Source: Nitrospinaceae bacterium (lineage in GTDB: Bacteria > Nitrospinota > Nitrospinia > Nitrospinales > Nitrospinaceae). From it: a DNA stretch of 64,000 nucleotides. A model generated the notes under the pieces. That model saw nothing but the letters and a program-made list of their open reading frames with translations, ran no database searches and had not been told where the DNA came from. The stretch lies in contig OZ245011.1 of the NCBI GenBank assembly GCA_965223665.1, positions 3,904,001 to 3,968,000 of the forward strand, in the 5' to 3' direction. Of this stretch, positions 9,498-19,430 are shown piece after piece; the first letter of the stretch is position 1, and each line of letters starts with the position of its first letter. The position numbers and the translations under genes are program-made.

Positions 9498-10910
9498 ATG
9501 AGTTTTTCTGAAAAAAAAGTCCTGATTGTTGCAGATTCCAAAACCCTGGGTATTATCCTCAAGGACCTTTTAGTTTCAATTGGTTTTTCTAAAGAAAATC
9601 TAGGTCAGGTAGAAGGCAAAGAAGCCGCTTGGAATTATCTGAAGCAATGTGCCACGGACTTAATTATTTCTAATCTTTGGTTTATGGATTCCTTTAATGG
9701 AATTCAACTCTTGGAAGAAATTCGCGGCCACCAAAATGAAAAAATAAAAAATATACCATTTCTAATCGCCACGGGAGACGAAAGGTCTGAATATCTTGAT
9801 GAGGCTCAAGAAAAAGGAGTCAACGGTTACTTAGCAAAACCCTTTACAACGAAAACGCTTAAGGCCGCAGTTGATAAAATTTATTCTGGATCTGATATTA
9901 CTCAATTTAGCGGATTGGCCTCGTTGGGTCCTTCTGATAATTTTTCTGGTATGAAAGTTTTGATAGTGGATGATTCTCAAGCGAATCGTTCCATTTTAAA
10001 ACAAGTCCTGGACGGACAAGGATTTGAATTTGAAGAAGCCGAAAGTGCAGAAGTTATGCTAGATATTGTGCAGGCTTTTAACCCGGATATTATTTTACTG
10101 GATGTGATTTTAGAGGGAATGAATGGCTATGAAGCCTGTCGCAGATTGAATGCCAACGGAAACACTTCCGATTTTCCGGTCATATTTATTACTTCTAAAT
10201 CCGATTTAGAGGGCATAGTCGAAGGTTTTTCTGCAGGTGGTGCGGACTACATCACAAAGCCTTTTAAAAAAGAAGAAGTAATACTGCGAGTAAAGAAACA
10301 TCTTCACTTGCAGAAAATTTTAAAAGATAAAGAAGTTCTGATAAGTGAACTTTTAGAGTTAAAGGCAAATAACCAAAGTTTGATCGAGGAGTTAACAGCG
10401 ACTAAAGATCAATTGGAACAGGTTGCCAAAAGTGACCCGTTAACCGAGCTGCCAAATCGTAGAGGAATATCGGAAAGAATTGAAATTGAAAAATTTCGGT
10501 TTGAAAGAAACCAAAGACCTTTTTCTATTCTTTTAGGCGATGTGGATTTTTTTAAATCTGTTAACGATAATTATGGGCACGATGCAGGGGATTTTTTGTT
10601 AAAAGAAATTGCGGATTTAATGGAAAAGACTGTCCGTAAACAGGATATGGTCGGGCGCTGGGGAGGAGAGGAGTTTTTAATACTTTTTCCTGAAACAACT
10701 TTAGAAGGTGGAAAAGTTGCTGCTGAAAAAATTCGAAAAAATATTGAAGATCAGCAGTGGGTTTTCAAAGATCAAAAGATTTCTGTAACAATGAGTTTTG
10801 GCCTTAGTGTTTATGAGAATCTTAAAAAAAGTGTTGAAGACTGCATCAAGCAAGCTGATGAATTACTTTACAAGGCTAAAAAATCCGGAAGAAACCAAAT
10901 TAGTTTTTGA
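9498..10910 (+). CDS. Diguanylate cyclase with two receiver domains (REC-REC-coiled coil-GGDEF)
   Basis: DPLTELPNRR, DVDFFKSVNDNYGHDAGD, I-site RKQD and GGEEF active site; two CheY-like domains. Confidence 0.95.
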   Translation: MSFSEKKVLIVADSKTLGIILKDLLVSIGFSKENLGQVEGKEAAWNYLKQCATDLIISNLWFMDSFNGIQLLEEIRGHQNEKIKNIPFLIATGDERSEYLDEAQEKGVNGYLAKPFTTKTLKAAVDKIYSGSDITQFSGLASLGPSDNFSGMKVLIVDDSQANRSILKQVLDGQGFEFEEAESAEVMLDIVQAFNPDIILLDVILEGMNGYEACRRLNANGNTSDFPVIFITSKSDLEGIVEGFSAGGADYITKPFKKEEVILRVKKHLHLQKILKDKEVLISELLELKANNQSLIEELTATKDQLEQVAKSDPLTELPNRRGISERIEIEKFRFERNQRPFSILLGDVDFFKSVNDNYGHDAGDFLLKEIADLMEKTVRKQDMVGRWGGEEFLILFPETTLEGGKVAAEKIRKNIEDQQWVFKDQKISVTMSFGLSVYENLKKSVEDCIKQADELLYKAKKSGRNQISF

Positions 10911-10920
10911 TTTTTTTTAT

Positions 10921-11871
10921 TTATTGAGGGGTAAATACTTGGTGATATTGACTTCCTCCTCCTCCCGGATTAGGTCCTCCTGTTATTAAATGAATGCTTC
11001 CCTTTAACAAAGCCGATCCTAAGCCATGGCATGATTTGGGCATAGGTTCTTGAGTTTCCCACCTATTTTCCATTGGTAGATAAACTTCATTTTGATTGAA
11101 AGTTCCTTCTCCAGATTCTCCACCGAATACGTATATCTTGCTGTGAAGAGTTTGAGAAGTAATTCCACTCCGAGCTGTGGGTAACGGCGCCAGGGTTTTC
11201 CATTGATTTGATTTTGGATCGTAAGATTCGTTTGTATCTAAATTTTCATGATAATTCACATTGACTCTGCCGCCAATAACATAAATAGTATTTTTAAAAA
11301 CTGATAGCGTCAGATGATCACGAGGGGTGGGCAATGGTGCCAGTGATTTCCATTGGTCAGTTGTTGGATTGTATACTTCATTGGCATCGGTATTAACAAG
11401 TTTTAAAAATTTTTTGTGTGCTCCTCCCACCGCATAAATTTTTCCATTAATTACTCCAGTGGCCAAAGCTCCTCGCCTGGTGGGCATGGGAGATTTTTCT
11501 TTCCATTGATCTGAGGAGGGATCATATTCTAGAGTTATATTTTGGGGAAACCATAGACCGCCAGTAAATCCGCCGATAATATAAATTTTCCCGTTAGTAG
11601 ATACGGCAGAGGTATGATGCAATGCTTTAGGCATAGGTGAACCTATTGACCATGTTCCCGAATTAGGATCATAAATTTCTACTTGGTCAGTAATTCCCTT
11701 TGGAGTGAACCCACCGAATACATATATTTTTCCTTGGTGGTTTACAACCGCAACTTCTGTCCTCGGTGTAGGGGTTTTAGGCAATAGGGACCACTGTTCA
11801 CCAGTTTGGGCCCAGAGAATTTGTGAAAAGAGACAAAAAAGGCAAATGATGGCATTAAATAATACTTTCAT
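10921..11871 (-). CDS. Secreted Kelch-repeat beta-propeller protein
   Basis: Signal peptide plus six repeats of the form IYV(F/I)GG...E.YDP...W....PMP. Confidence 0.92.
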   Translation of the reverse strand: MKVLFNAIICLFCLFSQILWAQTGEQWSLLPKTPTPRTEVAVVNHQGKIYVFGGFTPKGITDQVEIYDPNSGTWSIGSPMPKALHHTSAVSTNGKIYIIGGFTGGLWFPQNITLEYDPSSDQWKEKSPMPTRRGALATGVINGKIYAVGGAHKKFLKLVNTDANEVYNPTTDQWKSLAPLPTPRDHLTLSVFKNTIYVIGGRVNVNYHENLDTNESYDPKSNQWKTLAPLPTARSGITSQTLHSKIYVFGGESGEGTFNQNEVYLPMENRWETQEPMPKSCHGLGSALLKGSIHLITGGPNPGGGGSQYHQVFTPQ

Positions 11872-11889
11872 CTGAAGGCCTCTATTTAG

Positions 11890-12738
11890 TTAAGCCTGGT
11901 GAGCTACCCGCAGTTGATCTAACTCCTTTATCTGCTGTAGCAATCCTGGAAGTGTTTTAAGATTTAGCATATTGGTTCCGTCTGAAGGCGCGTTTTCCGG
12001 ATCAGGATGGACTTCCATAAACAAAACATCACAACCAACGGCAACGGCTCCTCGTGTGAGTGCCGGGACTAATTCCCGTTGTCCTCCGGAACTTTCACCT
12101 TGGCCCCCAGGGAGCTGCAGGCTGTGGGTACAATCGTAAACCACCGGATATCCCAATTCATTCATAAATATCAATGATCGCATGTCTACAACAAGGTTAT
12201 TGTAACCAAACATAAAACCACGTTCAGTAAGCAAAATGTTTTCATTCCCGCTTTCTTTGATTTTATTGATTACATTTTTCATATCCCAAGGGGCTAGGAA
12301 TTGGCCTTTTTTAACATTAATAGGTTTCCCAGTTTTGGCAGCCGCTACGACCAAATCTGTTTGTCGACAAAGAAAGGCAGGAATTTGAATTATATCTAAA
12401 ACTTTGGAGGCAGGCTCAATCTCAAGTTCAGTATGAATATCAGAAAGAACAGGTAAACCCAATTCCGATTTAATTTTTTTTAATATACGTAATCCCTCTT
12501 CTAGTCCTGGTCCTCTAAAGGATTTGATAGATGAACGATTAGCTTTGTCATATGAAGATTTAAAAATAAAAGGTATCTGAAATTCTTCAAATATATTTTT
12601 TAATTGAAGGCCGGTAGTCATGGCATGGTCTTCTGATTCGATCACGCAGGGACCAGCGATAATAGCTAACGGGTTTTTCCCTCCAATGGTATAGGGACCT
12701 ATTTTGATTTCTTTGGTGGTATTTAAGTGCAGGCTCAT
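11890..12738 (-). CDS. kdsA: KDO 8-phosphate synthase
   Basis: AGPCVIES, KSSYDKANRSS, QIPAFLCRQTDL, KKGQFLAPWDM and HSLQLPGG. Confidence 0.97.
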   Translation of the reverse strand: MSLHLNTTKEIKIGPYTIGGKNPLAIIAGPCVIESEDHAMTTGLQLKNIFEEFQIPFIFKSSYDKANRSSIKSFRGPGLEEGLRILKKIKSELGLPVLSDIHTELEIEPASKVLDIIQIPAFLCRQTDLVVAAAKTGKPINVKKGQFLAPWDMKNVINKIKESGNENILLTERGFMFGYNNLVVDMRSLIFMNELGYPVVYDCTHSLQLPGGQGESSGGQRELVPALTRGAVAVGCDVLFMEVHPDPENAPSDGTNMLNLKTLPGLLQQIKELDQLRVAHQA

Positions 12739-12769
12739 TGGCTTAATTAGTTAATTTTGAATAGAAAAG

Positions 12770-13177
12770 TTATGGAATAGGAACTGGATGAGGTGTTTCC
12801 TTTCGAGGGACTAAACCTTCGGGTGCAAGCAATCCGTATGCGATTTCTCGAACCTTTTCATTGTTACTGGCTTTATGAATGGATGAGAATCCAGATTCTG
12901 ATAAGTCATTTAAATTTACTTCGGGGTTTTCTGCGTTTAATAAAACAATAAAGTGAGTATTTTTATCTTTTTTTGATAGTCGAAAAAGATTTTTTAAGTC
13001 AGTTTTTCCTTTTCTAAGGGTATAAACGATCAAATCATTTTTTAATGATTTTTGTCGGATTGCATTGTTTAAATTAACAAAGCCCATAATCGTAAACTTG
13101 TCATGCTTGATGAACTTTGCTAGTTGAATACGCTCTGATTTAACAGGATCTACAATAAATATGGTTTTATAATCCAT
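12770..13177 (-). CDS. Hypothetical protein, degenerate receiver-like domain
   Basis: TIFIVDP...DLIVY...HFIVL...IHK spacing recalls a CheY fold without the phospho-acceptor Asp. Confidence 0.55.
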   Translation of the reverse strand: MDYKTIFIVDPVKSERIQLAKFIKHDKFTIMGFVNLNNAIRQKSLKNDLIVYTLRKGKTDLKNLFRLSKKDKNTHFIVLLNAENPEVNLNDLSESGFSSIHKASNNEKVREIAYGLLAPEGLVPRKETPHPVPIP

Positions 13178-13351
13178 CTAGAACCCTTTAAAGAAACTGT
13201 TTCTAATGGGCACAGTCTAACATTATTGTTTTTAGGAATGAACCTTAAATAATTAATAATAAAATTAGTCTATAAAGGCAAATTAATTCAAATTGACTTA
13301 TGAGTAAAGGTTTGAAACAATATTAAGATTCAATTATTTATACAAAATGTT

Positions 13352-14659
13352 ATGCAAAGATACCTTCTACTTTCTTTAAGCTTTATTGCAGGGTTGCTTC
13401 TTACCGCACAGGTCCAGGCAAAGGATCAAATTATTGTTGCAAAAATTTCCGGACCCATTAATCCAGTAGTTGCCGATTTTGTAACCAATGAGATTGAAGT
13501 AGCCAATTCCACCGGAGAACTCTTGGTTATATTAGAAATGGATACTCCAGGAGGTTTGGACACCTCCATGCGGCAAATTATTAAAGCCATTCAAAACTCC
13601 TCTATTCCAGTGGCTACCTTCGTTTCACCCAGCGGTTCTCGTGCGGCTTCTGCTGGTACGTTTATAACGATAGCTTCTCATATTGCGGCTATGGCCCCTG
13701 GAACCAATATAGGTGCGGCTCATCCGGTAAATATGATGGGTGGAGGTGGAGGAGATAAAAAGGACAAAGAATCTAACACCATGGAAGAAAAAGTGGTCAA
13801 TGATGCCTCTGCGTATATTCGTTCCCTTGCAGAACAACGAGGACGTAATGCCTATTGGGCGGAAACAGCAGTTCGACAGAGTAAATCAATTTCTGCACAA
13901 GAAGCCAAAAAATTAGGTGTGATTGATTTAATTGCAAATAATGTGGAAGCTTTAGTTTTAGCCATTCAAGGCCGAGAAATCAAAACCTCAAAAAATACGA
14001 CTGTTAAATTGGACTTGGAAGGAAAGCACCTTGTTTATCATGAAATGAGCAAGAGAGAAAAGATACTAGATACGATTTCAAATCCAAACGTGGTTTATAT
14101 TTTAATGATGCTGGGGATGGTTGGGCTCTATTTTGAACTGTCTAATCCGGGTTTGATTTTGCCCGGAGTTATTGGTGGGATTAGTATTATTTTGGCTTTA
14201 TATGGAATGCAAACACTGCCTGTGAATTATGCGGGTTTAATGTTAATTCTATTAGGTGGAATTTTATTTATTGCTGAATTAAATACCCCGAGTTTTGGTC
14301 TGTTATCTGCCGGTGGAACTATTTCTTTACTTCTGGGTTCCTTAATGCTCATTGACAGTGACGATCCTGCTTTGCAAATTTCTAATTCCGTTTTAATTCC
14401 TACTTTATTGGTTTCAGTGGCGGTTTCTTTAGGAACTGTTTATATGGCTTTTAAATCTTCAAAAATTAAAAGCATAAGTGGGGTGGAGGGTCTAAAAGGA
14501 GCAATTGGAGTGGCCAAATCTGAAATCGATCCTGAAGGAAGAGTAATGGTCCATGGTGAATTATGGAATGCGGTGGGTGATGAAATCATTCATTCTGGAG
14601 AAAAAGTTGTGGTGGAAGAAGTCGAAGGCCTTAAGATTAAGGTGAAAAAGTCCGTTTAA
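13352..14659 (+). CDS. nfeD: NfeD long form (ClpP-class membrane-bound serine protease)
   Basis: Signal peptide, DTPGGL, RAASAG, MAPGTNIGAAHPV and KVVNDA motifs, a membrane domain and C-terminal OB fold GRVMVHGELWNA. Confidence 0.95.
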   Translation: MQRYLLLSLSFIAGLLLTAQVQAKDQIIVAKISGPINPVVADFVTNEIEVANSTGELLVILEMDTPGGLDTSMRQIIKAIQNSSIPVATFVSPSGSRAASAGTFITIASHIAAMAPGTNIGAAHPVNMMGGGGGDKKDKESNTMEEKVVNDASAYIRSLAEQRGRNAYWAETAVRQSKSISAQEAKKLGVIDLIANNVEALVLAIQGREIKTSKNTTVKLDLEGKHLVYHEMSKREKILDTISNPNVVYILMMLGMVGLYFELSNPGLILPGVIGGISIILALYGMQTLPVNYAGLMLILLGGILFIAELNTPSFGLLSAGGTISLLLGSLMLIDSDDPALQISNSVLIPTLLVSVAVSLGTVYMAFKSSKIKSISGVEGLKGAIGVAKSEIDPEGRVMVHGELWNAVGDEIIHSGEKVVVEEVEGLKIKVKKSV

Positions 14660-15504
14660 TGAAGGAGAAATCTATTTTAGAGTCGGCGGCTATTATTGTG
14701 GTCCTATTTATGGGGTTATCTGTTCTGTTAATGGGCTGCGAAGAGAAGCTTATTTACTATCCGTATAAATATCCAGAGGGCCAATGGAATACAGGTCAAG
14801 TATCAGTTGAAGATATTTGGTTTAATGCTGAAGACGGAGTCAAACTACATGGATGGTTTATTCCGGTTCCAAAACCTAAGGCGACTTTAATATGGTTTCA
14901 TGGAAATGCAGGTAATATTTCATATCGATTAGATAATATCGCCAAACTTCAACCCTTGGGACTAAATATTTTTATCTTTGACTATAGAGGATATGGACGT
15001 AGTGAAGGAACTCCAAAAGAAAAAGGTTTGATGCTTGATTCGCAGGCGGCTTATGACTATGTGATAAAAAAACGCAATATCAAACCAGAACAAGTGATTT
15101 TATTTGGTCGTTCCTTGGGAGGTTTTTTTGCATCAGTGGTAGCTGAAGGAAACCCCGCGGCAGGTTTAATAATAGAATCTACATTCACAAGTGCTGAAGA
15201 TATGGCAAAAGAAATGTTTTCGTTTCCTGTTGGTTTTGTCATTCGTTCGAAATTAGATACGATTAATTATGTATCAAAAATTAAAACACCTAAGCTTTTT
15301 TTACATGGTACATCAGATGAAACGATTCCTTATTCTTTAGGGAAAAAGTTATTTGATGCTTCTGCAAACCCAAAAGAGTTTTATGATATTGAAGGCGCAG
15401 ATCATAACAATACTTATGTTATAGGTGGTCAAGGATACTTTGAAAAGATAGACAGTTTCATTGAAAAAGTTGTAAAGGCAAAGGAAGGTAATCATGTCCA
15501 ATAA
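14659..15504 (+). CDS. Alpha/beta hydrolase (BEM46/ABHD13-like), possible lipoprotein
   Basis: FHGNAGNI, DYRGYGRSEG, nucleophile GRSLG, HGTSDE and GADHN triad; LMGC lipobox-like site. Confidence 0.9.
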   Translation: MKEKSILESAAIIVVLFMGLSVLLMGCEEKLIYYPYKYPEGQWNTGQVSVEDIWFNAEDGVKLHGWFIPVPKPKATLIWFHGNAGNISYRLDNIAKLQPLGLNIFIFDYRGYGRSEGTPKEKGLMLDSQAAYDYVIKKRNIKPEQVILFGRSLGGFFASVVAEGNPAAGLIIESTFTSAEDMAKEMFSFPVGFVIRSKLDTINYVSKIKTPKLFLHGTSDETIPYSLGKKLFDASANPKEFYDIEGADHNNTYVIGGQGYFEKIDSFIEKVVKAKEGNHVQ

Positions 15505-15991
15505 AATTTACGGTTATGGGCATCCCAATAGAAAAAAAAATAAAAAAGCTCAAGAATCCCATTTTTGGTTTCTAGAGTTTTTATCTATTGGGGCGTTTGT
15601 TTTTATTATTGGTTTAAGTCATTGGATGTGGGTAGATGGAATTGCTGGGCAATTTTATGGGTGGGTTTTTGAAGATACAACAGAATATTCCCCAAGCTAT
15701 AGTGATTCAGGATTTAAGAGGATTAAAAATGGGATGACAGTACCTCAAGTAAAACAAGTTTTAGGTGAGCCTTTAGAGCAATATTCTCCAGAATCGTATG
15801 CGGGTATGTGGTGGAGATATACCAAGGGTGCTAATAATGAAAATTATCGAGTTCGCGCTATTCGTATTGAAAACGGAAAAGTTACTGAAGTAAGAGGATA
15901 TTTTTATAACCCCACTCTTTATGAATTAAATAAAAATGATTTGCTTCCAGGTTTAAAAAGCAATCTAACCTACCAAAGAATCAGGCCTTAA
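15494..15991 (+). CDS. Membrane-anchored protein with a BamE/SmpA-like domain
   Basis: One TM helix, then FKRIKNGMTVPQVKQVLGEP...WRY...IENGKV, typical of the SmpA/OmlA fold. Confidence 0.6.
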   Translation: MSNKIYGYGHPNRKKNKKAQESHFWFLEFLSIGAFVFIIGLSHWMWVDGIAGQFYGWVFEDTTEYSPSYSDSGFKRIKNGMTVPQVKQVLGEPLEQYSPESYAGMWWRYTKGANNENYRVRAIRIENGKVTEVRGYFYNPTLYELNKNDLLPGLKSNLTYQRIRP

Positions 15992-17013
15992 TGGAAAAGA
16001 AACTATTAACGATATTTTCGATATTTTGGGTCATAGGGCTTGGGATAATTTTATTTTATTACTTAATTCCTGGTTATTTCTCTCTTTCCCCCCTACAACA
16101 AGCTGCCAAAATAGGGGATTTGCAAACTGTTAAACTGGAGCTCAGTCAAGGGGCTGATCCAAATGAAGTGAATTACTATGGTCACACGGCCTTAGAGATT
16201 GCTGCTTTCGAGGGACAAGCTGAAATTGCCAATGAACTTATTTCTTGGGGAAGCGATCTCAACCGTAAAGACTCGTTTGGACACACTCCTTTATTTTGGT
16301 CTTTTAAAAGAAAAAACCCGAACATTGCTAAAATTCTTATCCAATCTGGAGCAGATTTAAATGGAATTTATGATAAGGGAATGAACCCATTACATTTGGC
16401 AGCTCAGCAGGGATTTCAGGAAATAATACCTTTGCTTTTGCAAAAAGGGATGGATATCAATGACCAGGATAATAGAGGTAGAACTCCTCTCCACCTCGCG
16501 ATACGAAATGAAAATTTTATGGTCGCTAATTGGTTAATCAACCATGGTGCTGGAATTAAATTTTGGGATGCTAATCAACATTCTCCATTAATGTGGTCAG
16601 TATTCAAAGGGAACCTTCCTTTTTCAAAAAAACTGGTTGAAAAAGGTGCGAATGTTAATGATCAGGATAATACGGGTTGGACTCCTCTTCATGAAGCCTG
16701 TGATAAGGATAAAGAGTTTGTGGCTTTTTTAGTGAATGCAGGGGCAGAGGTAAATCAAAAAGACTTCGAGGGATGGACAGCCTTGCATCAAGCGGTTGAT
16801 TATGGAAATAAGGAAGTAGTTTTGTATTTGTTGAAAGTGGGAGGAGATCCAAATTTAAAAACGGTGAATGGTGATACTCCTCTGAATATTGCCCAAAAAA
16901 TTATTTATTCAGATTTTGAAAAATTGGAAATCCATGAAGATATGGATCAAGAGAGTATTGAAAAATACCAAGAAATCATTAAAATTCTTCAAAAGTATAC
17001 TCCTGTAATTTAA
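15991..17013 (+). CDS. Membrane-anchored ankyrin-repeat protein
   Basis: N-terminal TM segment and about 8 repeats G.TPLH.A...G....LL..GAD.N. Confidence 0.93.
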   Translation: MEKKLLTIFSIFWVIGLGIILFYYLIPGYFSLSPLQQAAKIGDLQTVKLELSQGADPNEVNYYGHTALEIAAFEGQAEIANELISWGSDLNRKDSFGHTPLFWSFKRKNPNIAKILIQSGADLNGIYDKGMNPLHLAAQQGFQEIIPLLLQKGMDINDQDNRGRTPLHLAIRNENFMVANWLINHGAGIKFWDANQHSPLMWSVFKGNLPFSKKLVEKGANVNDQDNTGWTPLHEACDKDKEFVAFLVNAGAEVNQKDFEGWTALHQAVDYGNKEVVLYLLKVGGDPNLKTVNGDTPLNIAQKIIYSDFEKLEIHEDMDQESIEKYQEIIKILQKYTPVI

Positions 17014-17039
17014 AAACCTACCATAAGGTTTTAATCTTG

Positions 17040-17696
17040 ATGACTCCCCAGATAAAATTTTTCCTCCTGCTTGCTGGTTTTATTTTCATTTATTCCTGCA
17101 CTCAAGAATCGACTTCATTTTTACATGAAGCAGCCAAAATCGGGAATGTGAGTCAGGTAAAGTCTTTAGTTGAGGCTGGTGTAGACGTAAATTTGAAGGA
17201 TGAGTTTCGCCGAACGCCATTACATTGGGCAGTGAATAGAGGCAGAAAGCAGGTTGCTGTTTATTTATTAGATCATGGTGCAAACGTTAATGCTAAAGAT
17301 CGTGATGCGTTTACTCCTTTGCATTTAGCGACACAGCTCGTATTAAAAGATATTGTTCAGATTCTAATCGAAAAGGGTGCTTCTCTAAATGAGAAAGAAA
17401 ATTCCTGGGGAAAAACTCCACTCCACTTTGTTGCCCAACATGGGCCGAGTTCTATAGCCTTTTTATTAATTGAAAAAGGGGCAAACGTAAATGTGAGGGA
17501 TTCATTGGGTTTGACACCCCTTCATTATGCTTCTTTGGCTAATCAAAAGAATATTGTCAGGAGTTTATTGGATTTCGGTGCCGATGTGAATATTCAAGGC
17601 GAAGATCCTTTTACCCGTGACCCCAATACCACTCCCTTAAAGTTGGCCAAGGATCCTGAAATCATAAAAATTTTAAAGAGCCGGATGGCCAAATAA
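17040..17696 (+). CDS. Ankyrin-repeat lipoprotein
   Basis: Hydrophobic N-terminus ending IYSC, then about 5 TPLH ankyrin repeats. Confidence 0.9.
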   Translation: MTPQIKFFLLLAGFIFIYSCTQESTSFLHEAAKIGNVSQVKSLVEAGVDVNLKDEFRRTPLHWAVNRGRKQVAVYLLDHGANVNAKDRDAFTPLHLATQLVLKDIVQILIEKGASLNEKENSWGKTPLHFVAQHGPSSIAFLLIEKGANVNVRDSLGLTPLHYASLANQKNIVRSLLDFGADVNIQGEDPFTRDPNTTPLKLAKDPEIIKILKSRMAK

Positions 17697-17740
17697 TAGA
17701 ACTATTTAAACTCCGCTTGTTCCCAAAGTAGGGATGGTTT

Positions 17741-18952
17741 ATGATGCCTTCCGCAAAAAAAATTAATTCTTTTGAAAATCAAATGTCATTAAATATGCGT
17801 CAACAGATTTTAACCGGTCTCAAACGGGTTGTTATAAAAATAGGAAGTGGAGTGATATCTGATTCAGAATCCGGGAAGCCTCCGTTAGAAAGAGGACTAT
17901 GTTTAAAACGGATTCGAAGTTATGCCAAACGCATAAAAGCGATATGTGACCATAATATTGAGGTGATTATTGTTTCTTCAGGGGCTGTTATGGCCGGTCG
18001 AGAGCGACTGGGGATAAAAAAGGCCCGATTAGATATTCCTGAAAAGCAAGCTTGTGCAGCTATTGGGCAAAGCTATCTGATACGAACTTATGAGCAACAT
18101 TTTGAAAAGCAGGGATTGAAGGTTGCGCAAATTTTATTGGGGCATGATGATTTAGAAAACCGAAAGCGGTTTTTAAACGCAAAGCATACAATTGATGCTC
18201 TTTTAGAGCATGGTGTTATTCCTGTAGTAAACGAAAATGATTCAGTGACTGTAGATGAAATAAAAATTGGTGATAATGATACATTATCCGCGAATGTGGC
18301 ATGTTTAGCGGGCGCACAGTTGTTAATAATACTTTCTGATGTGGATGGGCTCTACACCTCAGATCCCGCATTAGCCCAGAAAAACTCACAATCGCTGCCC
18401 GAATTGATTTCGCATGTTGACAAGATCAATTCAAAAATTGAGCAGTTAGCGGGTCGTAGCAAGAACCCACTTGCAGTAGGGGGAATGTATACAAAGGTCC
18501 TAGCTGCAAAGAAGACAACAAGTTACGGTATTCCTACGGTAATTATTAATGGGCTAGATGCAAAAAATCTGGATCGCATTTTTTCAGGTAAAAATATTGG
18601 AACTTTATTTTGGTCAGGTAAAGCCACGATTAAAAATCGAAAACATTGGATTGCTCACACTCTTAAACCTGCTGGAAAATTGATCGTGGATTCAGGGGCC
18701 AAAAGGGCTTTGATGGAACGAGGAAAAAGTTTGCTTCCTGCGGGTGTGGTCCATGTAGAAGGAAAATTTGATTTTGGCAGTGCGGTTAGTATTTTGGATG
18801 AAAAGAAAAATGAAATTGCTAGGGGTCTGGTAAATTACAATTCACGTGATCTCGAAAAAATTAAAGGATTAAAAACATCTGCAATACGCAATATAGTAGG
18901 GACAAATTTTTATGAAGAAATTATCCACCGTGATGACTTAGTGTTGGTGTGA
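17741..18952 (+). CDS. proB: Glutamate 5-kinase with PUA domain (true start may be 17783 or 17795)
   Basis: VVIKIGS, VSSGAV, KQACAAIGQ, NENDSV, GDNDTLSA, GGMYTKV and C-terminal EEIIHRDDLV. Confidence 0.96.
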   Translation: MMPSAKKINSFENQMSLNMRQQILTGLKRVVIKIGSGVISDSESGKPPLERGLCLKRIRSYAKRIKAICDHNIEVIIVSSGAVMAGRERLGIKKARLDIPEKQACAAIGQSYLIRTYEQHFEKQGLKVAQILLGHDDLENRKRFLNAKHTIDALLEHGVIPVVNENDSVTVDEIKIGDNDTLSANVACLAGAQLLIILSDVDGLYTSDPALAQKNSQSLPELISHVDKINSKIEQLAGRSKNPLAVGGMYTKVLAAKKTTSYGIPTVIINGLDAKNLDRIFSGKNIGTLFWSGKATIKNRKHWIAHTLKPAGKLIVDSGAKRALMERGKSLLPAGVVHVEGKFDFGSAVSILDEKKNEIARGLVNYNSRDLEKIKGLKTSAIRNIVGTNFYEEIIHRDDLVLV

Positions 18953-19365
18953 AAATGGCACGTTGGTGGGAAAAAGAAACCATTAAATTTGAATGTCAGG
19001 AAGGATGTTTAAAATGTTGTGTGAAGCCGGGAGTAATATATTTTGACGAGAAAGATATTCAAGCTGTTACGGAGTTTTTAGGTTGCACCAAAAAGAAGTT
19101 TATAAAAGAGTTTTTGAAAAAACAGGGAAATATTTGGGAATTGGAAGTCGAAGATGAAAAACCCTGCCCATTTTTAAATTTTAACGGATGTGCAATTCAC
19201 CCGGCTAAACCGAAGCAATGTCAAACCTACCCGTTTTGGAAAGAAAACCTGGAAACTCGAAACCATTGGAAGTTAACAGCCGCTTTTTGCCCCGGCATTA
19301 ACGAAGGTCCAAGAATTGAAGCAAAAAATATTGCTAAACAACTCAGGGATTTTACTATTGACTAA
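18949..19365 (+). CDS. YkgJ family cysteine-cluster protein
   Basis: FECQEGCLKCC, CPFL...GCAIHPAKPKQCQTYPFW and CPGI. Confidence 0.9.
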   Translation: MKMARWWEKETIKFECQEGCLKCCVKPGVIYFDEKDIQAVTEFLGCTKKKFIKEFLKKQGNIWELEVEDEKPCPFLNFNGCAIHPAKPKQCQTYPFWKENLETRNHWKLTAAFCPGINEGPRIEAKNIAKQLRDFTID

Positions 19366-19401
19366 CAAATGGTTATCTTACACTCCTCTAATTTAAACCA
19401 G

Positions 19402-19430
19402 TTGACAACTCATTTTTTGCCAAGGATAAT
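19402..19430 (+). promoter_or_regulatory. Sigma-70-type promoter of purA
   Basis: TTGACA-N17-GATAAT about 90 bp upstream of the purA start. Confidence 0.65.

Noticed and set aside
9305..9511. 68-aa ORF before the diguanylate cyclase
   Set aside because: TTG start lies upstream of the sigma-54 box, it has no RBS, and it overlaps the DGC start; a non-coding reading fits better.
15991..17696. Repetitive DNA that might suggest an array
   Set aside because: Periodicity comes from degenerate ankyrin coding repeats, with no identical repeats and unique spacers; the same applies to the Kelch and LRR genes.
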